Positions 9,215 to 18,272 of a stretch of DNA of 64,000 bases are shown piece after piece; the first letter of the stretch is position 1; every line of letters starts with the position of its first letter. Position numbers and translations under genes: made by a program. Source of the DNA: Lachnospiraceae bacterium (GTDB taxonomy: Bacteria > Bacillota > Clostridia > Lachnospirales > Lachnospiraceae). Location: contig JAGADU010000078.1 in NCBI GenBank assembly GCA_017613435.1, forward strand, positions 1,725 to 65,724, in the 5' to 3' direction. The notes below the pieces were generated by a model. It had not been told where the DNA came from. It ran no database searches and saw only the letters and a program-made list of their open reading frames with translations.

Positions 9215-10347
9215 ATCAGACCGCAAGAATCATTTCGATATATGCCGCGGATACATCGGGCGTTTGCTCCGCTTTGTACGAATACGGCGGAATGACCGTT
9301 ATTCATGATGCGTCCGGCTGCAATTCCACATATACGACCCATGACGAACCCAGATGGTATGACAAAAAGAGCATGATGTTCATTTCGGGTCTTACCGAAA
9401 AAGACGCCGTAATGGGAAACGATGACAAATTCATTGACGACCTTGTTATAGCCGCAAACGAATTAAAACCCGCGTTCATCGCTCTTTGCGCTTCCCCTCT
9501 TCCCGCCATGATAGGAACGGATCTTGATGCCATTGCATATGCGGTTGAAAGCGAAACTGATATTCCGTCTTTTTGCGTAAAAACAAACGGAATGAATTCG
9601 TATATTTACGGAGCCGGGAATGCATTCCTTGATTTGGCCAAAAGGTTTATCGATAAAAACATGTCCCATAAAACGGACAGATTAAAAGTAAATCTTCTCG
9701 GACTGACTCCTCTGGATTTCCCAAAGACCGAATACGTTAATTCCTTAAAATCCTTCATAAAAGAATCCGGAATGGAATTAAACGCTTCAATCGGAATGGA
9801 GACATCGCTTATTGACATACAAAAAATCGCCGATGCCGATGTCAACCTGATTCTTTCTTCGTCGGGAAAACTTCTGGCGGATTATCTTTTCGAAGAATAC
9901 AACATTCCTTTCGTCAAAGGCGTACCCTACGGAATAAAATTCAGCGAACATATTAAAGAATGCCTTTATAAAGCGGGTGCGGAGAAAATCAATATCGATG
10001 CCACAAAATCATTAAGAGAAGAAGGAAGTACCGCAATACTCGGAGAAAGCATTCTCTCCGCTTCTCTTGCAAGTGCCGTTCTTTCGGATTACGGAATCAA
10101 AGCAAATGTTTTGGAGACGGTCGGCGACGGGGATTTCGATGTTTTAAAGCCTTTTGATTTATCCTGCGACGACGAAAAAATACTTGAAGGCGAGCTTGAA
10201 AAATACGAATGCATCATAGGCGATCCTTTGTTTAAACCGATATGCAAAAACAAAAAATTCATCGCACTTCCCCACGAAGCATTCTCGGGAAGGTGTTTTA
10301 CGAAGAACGCACCGAATATGATAAACAGAAAAATAGAAATATTTTAA
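9211..10347 (+). CDS. Nitrogenase component 1-like oxidoreductase, subunit B1
   Basis: [30 protein letters not shown]; ATGA overlap with A1. Confidence 0.8.
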   Translation: MNQTARIISIYAADTSGVCSALYEYGGMTVIHDASGCNSTYTTHDEPRWYDKKSMMFISGLTEKDAVMGNDDKFIDDLVIAANELKPAFIALCASPLPAMIGTDLDAIAYAVESETDIPSFCVKTNGMNSYIYGAGNAFLDLAKRFIDKNMSHKTDRLKVNLLGLTPLDFPKTEYVNSLKSFIKESGMELNASIGMETSLIDIQKIADADVNLILSSSGKLLADYLFEEYNIPFVKGVPYGIKFSEHIKECLYKAGAEKINIDATKSLREEGSTAILGESILSASLASAVLSDYGIKANVLETVGDGDFDVLKPFDLSCDDEKILEGELEKYECIIGDPLFKPICKNKKFIALPHEAFSGRCFTKNAPNMINRKIEIF

Positions 10348-10372
10348 AATATTTTTTCAAACGGAGACACAC

Positions 10373-11140
10373 ATGATTAAGATAGCTGTTTACGGAAAAG
10401 GCGGCATAGGCAAATCGACCGTCACTTCCAATCTTTCGGCCGCATTGGCGCATCTTGGAAAAAGAGTCATACAGATAGGCTGCGATCCCAAAGCGGATTC
10501 AACCGCCAATCTTTTATCCGGAAATCCCGTATTTCCCGTTATGAATTACATGAGGGATTTTGACAGGGAACCCGAATCACTTGAAGAAATTTCAAAGGTC
10601 GGATTCGGAAACGTGCTTTGCATCGAAACCGGCGGACCCACTCCGGGACTCGGCTGTGCCGGAAGGGGCATCATTACAACTTTCTCTCTTCTTGAAGAAC
10701 TGAATCTTTTTGAAAAATACAAACCCGACGCCGTTCTGTACGACGTACTCGGAGACGTTGTCTGCGGAGGATTTGCGGCGCCCATAAGAGAAGGTCTCGC
10801 AAGCAAGGTCATAATCGTAACCTCCGGCGAAAAGATGGCTCTTTATGCGGCAAACAACATAAACAGTGCCGTGGAGAATTTCAGGGAAAGAAGTTATGCA
10901 AGCGTAAGGGGAATCGTTTTTAACAGAAGAAATGTTTTAAACGAGGAAGAAAAAGTTTTTGAATTCGCCAAAAGCCGCAATCTCGAAATAATAGCGGATA
11001 TCCCGAGAAGCGATGACATCATCCGTTTCGAAGACGAGGGAAAAACCGTAATCGAGGGCGATCCGACTCTTGACGTGAGCAAACGTTTTCTCGACCTTGC
11101 ATCGCTTCTTATCGAGGAAGACGAAAAAGAAAACAATTAA
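10373..11140 (+). CDS. Nitrogenase-like iron protein 2 (NifH/BchL/CfbC family)
   Basis: [48 protein letters not shown]. Confidence 0.92.
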   Translation: MIKIAVYGKGGIGKSTVTSNLSAALAHLGKRVIQIGCDPKADSTANLLSGNPVFPVMNYMRDFDREPESLEEISKVGFGNVLCIETGGPTPGLGCAGRGIITTFSLLEELNLFEKYKPDAVLYDVLGDVVCGGFAAPIREGLASKVIIVTSGEKMALYAANNINSAVENFRERSYASVRGIVFNRRNVLNEEEKVFEFAKSRNLEIIADIPRSDDIIRFEDEGKTVIEGDPTLDVSKRFLDLASLLIEEDEKENN

Positions 11141-11154
11141 TTAAAGGATTATTA

Positions 11155-12432
11155 ATGAGCAAAGCTTTTTATCAGACAGCCAAAGAAATAATACAAAACG
11201 GATATGATTCTCTGACTGCGGAACAGGTTTCCAATAAGCATTTGATTTACTCGTCTCCCGCAACACTCTCCTTTAACTCGCCCGGAGCCAAAGGATACGG
11301 TGTAAAACGTGCGGGCCTTGCGGTACCCGAATCCGTAATGCTTCTCGTTTCGCCTTCATGCTGCGGAAGAAACACATCGCTTTTTAAAAGTTCGCCGGAA
11401 TATAAAAGCCGTTTCTTTTTCCAGCTTCTTGACGATACCGACATCGTTACCGGCAGACATTTGATGAAAATAAACGATGCATGCGGCGAAATTCTCTCAT
11501 CTCTTGAAAAAAGACCTTCGGCGATAATGATATGCATAACATGCGTTGACGCTCTTCTCGGTACGGATATGGAGCGAATCTGCCGAAAAGTCACAGAAAC
11601 TCATTCAATTCCCTGCGTTGCATGTTATATGTATGCCTTGACGAGGGAAAAAAGGCTCTCTCCCATGGCTTACGTAAGAACAAGCGTATATTCTCTTTTG
11701 GAAAAGCAAAAAAGAGAAAGCAAAGACATGAACATAATGGGATTTTTCTCTCCCTTAAACGATCGAAGCGAGATTTATCCTCTTTTGAAAAATGCGGGAA
11801 TCGAAAACATCAGGGAACTTGCAAGATGCAAAAAATTCGAGGATTACAAAGAGCTTTCGAAGGCGAATTTCAATCTTTTGCTTAATCCGGAAGCCCGGCA
11901 TGCGGCACAGGATATGCAAAAGCGTTTAAACATTCCTTTTATCGAAATGCTAAGGCTCTATAGGATTGACAAAATACACAATCAATATATGCTTTTGGGC
12001 AATGCTCTCGGAATAAATATCGACGATCGAAAATATTACGAAGAAGCCGAAAAAAGAATTGCCGATTTTAAAAACAAATACGGCGAAATCAGATTTGCTG
12101 TCGGCGAAATATTAAACGGCGATGCGATTGAAATCGCATTAATGCTCGCAAAAGAAGGTTTCAGGGTTGAATGCGTTTTCGCAACGATCGGAGAACTTAA
12201 TTACAGATTCCTAAAAACCCTTTCGGAAGTAAGTCCCGAAACAAAAATTTATTCCAATCTGTCTCCGACGATGCTTAATTACGAAAAAGACGATATCGAC
12301 TGTTATATCGGTTCGGACTGTCTCTATTATTTCCCAGACAAACCGGGTATCGAATGGTGTGAAGAAACCGAGCCCTTCGGGTATCGCGGCGTAATCGATT
12401 TGTTTGATGCATTGGATAAAGTATTGAGGTAA
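11155..12432 (+). CDS. Nitrogenase component 1-like oxidoreductase, subunit A2
   Basis: VSPSCCGR, LDDTDIVTG, ITCVDALLGTD, C-terminal PFGYRGV. Confidence 0.8.
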   Translation: MSKAFYQTAKEIIQNGYDSLTAEQVSNKHLIYSSPATLSFNSPGAKGYGVKRAGLAVPESVMLLVSPSCCGRNTSLFKSSPEYKSRFFFQLLDDTDIVTGRHLMKINDACGEILSSLEKRPSAIMICITCVDALLGTDMERICRKVTETHSIPCVACYMYALTREKRLSPMAYVRTSVYSLLEKQKRESKDMNIMGFFSPLNDRSEIYPLLKNAGIENIRELARCKKFEDYKELSKANFNLLLNPEARHAAQDMQKRLNIPFIEMLRLYRIDKIHNQYMLLGNALGINIDDRKYYEEAEKRIADFKNKYGEIRFAVGEILNGDAIEIALMLAKEGFRVECVFATIGELNYRFLKTLSEVSPETKIYSNLSPTMLNYEKDDIDCYIGSDCLYYFPDKPGIEWCEETEPFGYRGVIDLFDALDKVLR

Positions 12433-12436
12433 TTGC

Positions 12437-13480
12437 ATGAAAAAATTCTTGAAATATATGTCTCCTTTTGCACCGGATCAATCGGGCGCATGCGGTGTCT
12501 TTTACGAACTCGGGGGTCTTATCGTAATCTGCGATGCGGGCGGATGCGCGGGTAATATCTGCGGATTCGACGAACCCAGATGGTTTGACAAAAAAAGCGC
12601 CGTCTTCTCTGCGGGATTAAGAGATATGGACGCAATCATGGGAAGGGATGACAAACTGATTGAAAAACTCTCGACGGCATATGAGCAATTAGGCGGAAAT
12701 TTTGCGCTCATCGTTTCAACACCCGTTCCCGCGATTATCGCAACAGATCTTCGTTCTCTTGAGATAATGGGCGAAAAAAAGCTTGGAATCCCCTGCATTG
12801 CACTCGATTCGACCGGAACAAATTATTACGACTCGGGCGAGGAAAAAGCCTGGTTAAGACTTTTTGAGACTTTTGCGAAAGAATCTTTCGAAAAAATCGA
12901 GAAAAAAACAGCAATTATCGGTGCCACTCCGATTGAAACGGGATTTAAAAACGCCGATTCGCTGAAAAAAATGTCGGAAGAATGTGGTTTACATAATGTA
13001 ACAATCTATTCCATGGGAAGTACTCTCGAAGACGTTAAAAAGGCTTCGGAATGCGAAAAAAACATTGTTATATCGCCTGCGGGATTAAAAGCAGCAAATT
13101 TTCTTAAAAACAAATTCGGCATTCCTTATGAAATCTCATATCCTTTTATCCCGAAGGACATTGTCGAAGAGGCAAAAAAATATTCCGGCAAAAACATACT
13201 CATCATTCATTCGCAGTTTGCCGCTAACGAATTAAGAAAAGAAATCGGATGCATAGAGAAAATAAAATGTGCGACGTTTTTCTTGCAGGATAGGGATTAT
13301 TCTCTTCCCGGAGATATTAAATTAAACGGCGAAGACGATCTTTTCGAATCCGTAAAAAACCAAAATTTCGATCTTATTATCGCCGATTCCGATACCCTGC
13401 CCCTTTTAAAAGCGGCGGGCTTTGACAAAGATTTTATCGACTATCCGGAATTTGCGCTATCGGGAAGAATTTTCGATTAA
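12437..13480 (+). CDS. Nitrogenase component 1-like oxidoreductase, subunit B2
   Basis: ICDAGGC, SAGLRDMDAIMG, STPVPAIIATD; clear paralog of 9211-10347. Confidence 0.8.
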   Translation: MKKFLKYMSPFAPDQSGACGVFYELGGLIVICDAGGCAGNICGFDEPRWFDKKSAVFSAGLRDMDAIMGRDDKLIEKLSTAYEQLGGNFALIVSTPVPAIIATDLRSLEIMGEKKLGIPCIALDSTGTNYYDSGEEKAWLRLFETFAKESFEKIEKKTAIIGATPIETGFKNADSLKKMSEECGLHNVTIYSMGSTLEDVKKASECEKNIVISPAGLKAANFLKNKFGIPYEISYPFIPKDIVEEAKKYSGKNILIIHSQFAANELRKEIGCIEKIKCATFFLQDRDYSLPGDIKLNGEDDLFESVKNQNFDLIIADSDTLPLLKAAGFDKDFIDYPEFALSGRIFD

Positions 13481-13510
13481 ATCCGACAAATTATAATTTG
13501 GAGAAACATT

Positions 13511-15889
13511 TTGAAAACATGTGTAATAAGAGTGTACGGTATCGTTCAGGGCGTCGGTTTTCGCCCCTTTGTAAGCCGCACATGTCTTGACAACAATATA
13601 AAAGGGAGTGTGGCAAACAAAGGCTCCTATGTCGAAATTCACGCACAGGGCGAATCGCTTGAACCTCTGTTTGACGCCTTATCCCACAACCCTCCCAAAA
13701 GATCCGTAATCCTCGAAATAATACATACTTTTGAGGATGAGGATGCGTACGATTCTTTTGAAATCATCGAAAGCGAAAAGGAAGAAGGAGACATATTCGT
13801 ATCCCCCGATATCGCCATATGCGAAGAATGCAAAAAGGAATTGTACACGCCGGGCGACAAAAGATATCTGCATCCTTTTATCAATTGCACGAATTGCGGT
13901 CCTAGACTGACCATACTCGATTCAATGCCCTACGATCGCGAAAGAACAAGCATGGGCGAATTCGAAATGTGCGATTATTGCAAAAACGAATACATCTCCC
14001 CCGCTTCAAGAAGATATGACGCGCAACCCGTATGCTGTAACGAATGCGGACCGAGCTTTTATCTTTTTGACAAAGATATTCTTAAAAACCCCGATTATCT
14101 GTCCCGTAAAAAGGACGCCTTATACAATTCGGATTCTTCGTTATCGGATTTTGCGAAAGCAATCGGAAGCGATGCGATAACAAAGGCAAGAGAATCGATA
14201 ATCGAAGGTAAAATAGTTGCAATAAAAGGCATCGGAGGTTTTCATCTTGCATGCGATGCGACAAACGAAGAAGCCGTAGGGCGCCTTCGAATGTTAAAAA
14301 AGAGACCTATGAAACCCTTCGCCGTAATGATGGATTCCCTCGATACGATCAAAACGTATTGCAAAGCAAACGAATCGCAAAAAGAATTGCTTACCGGTCA
14401 TCAAAAACCGATTGTATTGTTAAAAAAGAAGGATGAAAACGATTTGAAAAAACCGCTTGCACCCTCTCTTGCACCGGACAATCCGACACTCGGAGTAATG
14501 CTTCCGTATGCGCCGATTCAGCTTCTTTTGTTCGATTACAACGACAATTTGAATATGCCGCGCGCCCTTGTCATGACTTCCGGAAACGCATCCGGCGCAC
14601 CGATTTGCAGAACGGACGAGGATGCTTTAAACGAGATATCATCCTTTGCGGATTATATTCTTTCCAACAACAGAAAAATACGTTTAAGGTGCGACGATAC
14701 CGTAACGGACTTTTTCGAAGATAAACCCTACATGATAAGAAGGTCCAGAGGATTCGCGCCCCTTCCCGTAATGATTTCATCCAAAAACAAAGGATGTGTT
14801 TTGGCAATCGGCGGTGAATTGAAAAACACTTTCTGCATAGCAAAAGATTCAATGTTCTATCCTTCGGCATATATCGGAGACATGGAAGATTTGCGAAGTG
14901 TCGATGCATTAAAAGCATCAATCGTTCGTATGGAAACGCTTCTTGAAGCAAAGCCATCGCTGATTGTTTGCGACATGCATCCTCTCTATCACACGACCGA
15001 GGTTGCAAAAGGTATAAATCTCCCTCTTTTGACCGTTCAGCACCACTATGCGCATATTCTTTCGTGCATGGCGGAAAACGATTACCTTGATGACGTAATC
15101 GGGGTTTCGTTTGACGGAACGGGCTACGGAGAGGACGGCACGATATGGGGCGGCGAAATATTAAGATGCGGCCTCAAAGATTATGAAAGATTATCTTTTG
15201 TCGCGCCCTTCATACAATCGGGCGGAGATATTTCCGCAAAAGAAGGCTGGCGAATAGCGGCATCGATTTTAAGAGAAATATCCGATGAAGGTTTAAAAAT
15301 CGCACTTAATCTGAAACTTTGCGAGAAAGCCGAATTCGAATTTCTGGCGCAAATGGCCGAGAAGAACATAAACAGCGTTAAATCGACAAGCGCCGGAAGA
15401 CTCTTTGATGCCGTAAGCGCAATCCTTTCGATAAGACGCTCTTCGACTTTCGAAGGCGAAGCCTCGACATCACTCATGTTCGCCGCAATGCGTTTCGAGG
15501 AAAAAAGCAAAGAAAAATCGGTTGATATCTTTTCCGATTTAGAACCGATAAAAGGAAATGTTTTAAATACAAACGAGCTTGTTTTAAGAATAGCCAAAGC
15601 ATATCTTGAAGGCGAAGACAAAGATTTTCTTGCATATGCGTTCCATGATGAGCTCTCTTCGATGATTGCTCTAAAATGCAGTCTTTGTTCCAAGGAAACA
15701 GGCATTAAAACCATCGCTTTAAGCGGCGGCGTATATCAAAACATTCTTCTTTTGAAACTTACAAAAAGAAAGCTGAAAGAATACGGATTGAATGTGATTC
15801 ACCATAACCTCATTCCTCCCAATGACGGGGGAATCGCCCTCGGGCAGGCGCTCTACGGTTTGTCGCATTTAAACGAAGATTTAAATTAG
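13511..15889 (+). CDS. hypF: Carbamoyltransferase HypF
   Basis: Acylphosphatase GIVQGVGFRPFV, two CxxC..CxxC zinc fingers, KGIGGFHL, QHHYAH, DGTGYG, NDGGIALGQ; TTG start with GGAG RBS. Confidence 0.96.
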   Translation: MKTCVIRVYGIVQGVGFRPFVSRTCLDNNIKGSVANKGSYVEIHAQGESLEPLFDALSHNPPKRSVILEIIHTFEDEDAYDSFEIIESEKEEGDIFVSPDIAICEECKKELYTPGDKRYLHPFINCTNCGPRLTILDSMPYDRERTSMGEFEMCDYCKNEYISPASRRYDAQPVCCNECGPSFYLFDKDILKNPDYLSRKKDALYNSDSSLSDFAKAIGSDAITKARESIIEGKIVAIKGIGGFHLACDATNEEAVGRLRMLKKRPMKPFAVMMDSLDTIKTYCKANESQKELLTGHQKPIVLLKKKDENDLKKPLAPSLAPDNPTLGVMLPYAPIQLLLFDYNDNLNMPRALVMTSGNASGAPICRTDEDALNEISSFADYILSNNRKIRLRCDDTVTDFFEDKPYMIRRSRGFAPLPVMISSKNKGCVLAIGGELKNTFCIAKDSMFYPSAYIGDMEDLRSVDALKASIVRMETLLEAKPSLIVCDMHPLYHTTEVAKGINLPLLTVQHHYAHILSCMAENDYLDDVIGVSFDGTGYGEDGTIWGGEILRCGLKDYERLSFVAPFIQSGGDISAKEGWRIAASILREISDEGLKIALNLKLCEKAEFEFLAQMAEKNINSVKSTSAGRLFDAVSAILSIRRSSTFEGEASTSLMFAAMRFEEKSKEKSVDIFSDLEPIKGNVLNTNELVLRIAKAYLEGEDKDFLAYAFHDELSSMIALKCSLCSKETGIKTIALSGGVYQNILLLKLTKRKLKEYGLNVIHHNLIPPNDGGIALGQALYGLSHLNEDLN

Positions 15890-15902
15890 GAGGATTATAA
15901 AT

Positions 15903-16115
15903 ATGTGTGTAGGTTTACCCGCAAGAGTCGTAAGCGTTAATGACGGTACGGCCATTATCGATGCAAACGGCGCAAAAAGAGACGTTCGCGCGGAACTTCT
16001 CGACGATCTCGAACCCGGCGATTACGTAATGGTTCACGCCGGCGTTGCCATCGCAAAAATCAATTCCGATGACGAAAGCGAAGGAAGCGAAGTCATGGGA
16101 CTTTTATCAATTTAA
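15903..16115 (+). CDS. hypC: HypC/HybG/HupF chaperone
   Basis: N-terminal MCVGLP, GDYVMVHAGVAI; AGGAGG RBS. Confidence 0.95.
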   Translation: MCVGLPARVVSVNDGTAIIDANGAKRDVRAELLDDLEPGDYVMVHAGVAIAKINSDDESEGSEVMGLLSI

Positions 16116-16136
16116 TCTTAAGAACGGAAAATAATC

Positions 16137-17183
16137 ATGAACGAAGTAATAGAAAAAGCCAGAGAAATAATTACGGGGTATGACGGTCCGAAAGTCAGAA
16201 TAATGGAAGTCTGCGGTACCCATACCCATGAAATATTCAGACAGGGAATAAGAAGCCTCCTGCCCGAAAACATCGATTTGATCTCGGGTCCGGGTTGTCC
16301 GGTTTGCGTAACGCCCGTCGGATTTATCGATGAAGCGATTTTCCTTGCAACCGAAAAGAACTGCCTTATTACCACTTTCGGAGATCTTATCAAAGTTCCC
16401 GGAACCGAAATGAATCTCGCAAAAGCCAGAGCAAACGGTGCAAAAATCCGTCCCGTTTACTCTCCCGACGATGCGGTTGAACTCGCAAGGGAAAATCCTG
16501 ACGAAGACGTTGTTTTTCTTTCCGTGGGATTCGAAACCACAACTCCTTCATCCTGCCTTGCGGTCAAAAAAGCAAAAGAACTTAATTTAAATAATTTCTC
16601 TATCCTTACCGCCAACAAATCGATGCCAAACGCCTATCTTAAATTAAAAGGAAGCGCCGACGCATTTATATATCCCGGTCATGTAAATGCAATAACCGGT
16701 AATGCGGTATGCAAAAGCCTTAAAGACAAAGGCGTATCCGGAGTTGTTGCGGGCTTTACCGCAACCGAACTTATGAGTGCGCTTGCCGTTACAATCGAAA
16801 TGTTAAAAAAGGGCGAGCCATTCTTTGTAAACTGTTATCCCAGAGTGGTTAAAGACGAAGGAAACCCTGCGGCAATTAAGCTTATGGACGAAGTAATGGA
16901 ACTTTGCGATACCCAGTGGAGAGGGCTTGGAATTATCGAAAAATCCGGTATGAAATTAAAGGAAGAATTTGCCGATTTCGATTCGAGAATAAAATACAAT
17001 ATTCCGGCAATCGAAGGAAAGCCCAATCCCGGATGCAGATGCGGCGAAGTTTTACAGGGTCACTGCAAACCTTCCGACTGCCCCCTTTTCGGAAAAATAT
17101 GCACTCCCCTTCATGCAATAGGAGCATGCATGGTATCCGATGAAGGCGCATGTTCGGCTTATTATCAATACAATCAAATGTAA
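16137..17183 (+). CDS. hypD: Hydrogenase formation protein HypD
   Basis: MEVCGTHT, GPGCPVC, GFETT, PGHV, C-terminal CRCG..CPLFG.ICTP..GACMVSDEGAC. Confidence 0.96.
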   Translation: MNEVIEKAREIITGYDGPKVRIMEVCGTHTHEIFRQGIRSLLPENIDLISGPGCPVCVTPVGFIDEAIFLATEKNCLITTFGDLIKVPGTEMNLAKARANGAKIRPVYSPDDAVELARENPDEDVVFLSVGFETTTPSSCLAVKKAKELNLNNFSILTANKSMPNAYLKLKGSADAFIYPGHVNAITGNAVCKSLKDKGVSGVVAGFTATELMSALAVTIEMLKKGEPFFVNCYPRVVKDEGNPAAIKLMDEVMELCDTQWRGLGIIEKSGMKLKEEFADFDSRIKYNIPAIEGKPNPGCRCGEVLQGHCKPSDCPLFGKICTPLHAIGACMVSDEGACSAYYQYNQM

Positions 17184-17212
17184 GAAGACAAAAATAAGAA
17201 AGGTATAATCAT

Positions 17213-18217
17213 ATGGAAAACATTATCACTTTGGCTCACGGGTCGGGAAGCATTCAGACTTCGGAACTTATCGACAGCATATTCAAATCGAATTTTGACA
17301 ATCCGTATTTAACCGCCGACGATGCTGCCGTTTTATCTCTCGAAGAAGGAAAAATCGCCATGTCCACCGACGGCTTTATAGTTTCTCCTTACGAATTTCC
17401 CGGGGGAAATATCGGAAAGCTCGCCATCTGCGGCAGCGTAAACGATATAGCATGCATGGGAGCAAAACCCAAATACCTTACATGCTCTTACATTATCGAA
17501 GAAGGTTTTCCCGTTGAAGAACTCGAAAAAATCGCAAAATCCATGGGCGAAACCGCAAGAAAAGCCGGAATACTTATTGTTGCGGGAGATACGAAAGTCG
17601 CAGGCAAAGGTCAGGTAGATAAAATATTTATCACTACAACCGCCGTCGGAAATATTGTCGATGGCGTCAATACATCGGGATCTTTCGCAAAACCCGGGGA
17701 TAAAATCATCGTATCGGGCGATATCGGAAGACACGGCTGCACGATTCTTCTTGCAAGAGGAGAATTCAATATAGATGCGGACATAACAAGCGACTGCGCA
17801 CCGTTATGGAGCAATATAGAAGCGGTATTTAACGAAACAAAGGATATTCATGTAATAAGAGATGCGACAAGGGGCGGTGTCGGAACCGTTCTTTACGAAA
17901 TAGCAAAACAAAGTAACGTCGGAATTTCCATAAACCACGAATCGATTCCCATCGATCCCGGTGTAAAGGGAGTATGCTCGATGTTGGGACTTGAACCCCT
18001 GTATCTGGCATGCGAAGGAAGACTCGTATTCTTCGCACCCGCCGAGGTTGCGGATAAAGTATTAAATGCGTTAAGAGCGTGCGAAAATTCAACAAATGCA
18101 GCAATCATCGGAGAAGTTACCGGGGACAATGTCGGAAAAGTAATACTCAATACGGCGGTAGGCGCCAAAACGATTCTCTCCCGTCCGAGCGGAGAACTGC
18201 TTCCGAGAATATGTTAA
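17213..18217 (+). CDS. hypE: Carbamoyl dehydratase HypE
   Basis: LAHGSG, FPGGNIGKLA, RDATRGG, C-terminal PRIC. Confidence 0.96.
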   Translation: MENIITLAHGSGSIQTSELIDSIFKSNFDNPYLTADDAAVLSLEEGKIAMSTDGFIVSPYEFPGGNIGKLAICGSVNDIACMGAKPKYLTCSYIIEEGFPVEELEKIAKSMGETARKAGILIVAGDTKVAGKGQVDKIFITTTAVGNIVDGVNTSGSFAKPGDKIIVSGDIGRHGCTILLARGEFNIDADITSDCAPLWSNIEAVFNETKDIHVIRDATRGGVGTVLYEIAKQSNVGISINHESIPIDPGVKGVCSMLGLEPLYLACEGRLVFFAPAEVADKVLNALRACENSTNAAIIGEVTGDNVGKVILNTAVGAKTILSRPSGELLPRIC

Positions 18218-18223
18218 ACAAAC

Positions 18224-18253
18224 AAAAAACTGTGGTTTAAACCACAGTTTTTT
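18224..18253. terminator. Bidirectional terminator closing the hyp operon
   Basis: Perfect 30-bp palindrome AAAAAACTGTGGTTTAAACCACAGTTTTTT between convergent genes. Confidence 0.8.
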
Positions 18254-18272
18254 TATTTCGTATAAATCGTCT

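Noticed and set aside
7115-13480. A true N2-fixing nitrogenase (nifHDK/ENB)
   Set aside because: Subunits are short and lack the FeMo-co Cys and the full P-cluster ligand set; no nifB/E/N in the window. nif gene symbols withheld.
7115-13480. Assignment to DPOR/COR, CfbCD or MarHDK
   Set aside because: No tetrapyrrole, F430 or marB context, and the motifs do not match by eye; needs phylogeny.
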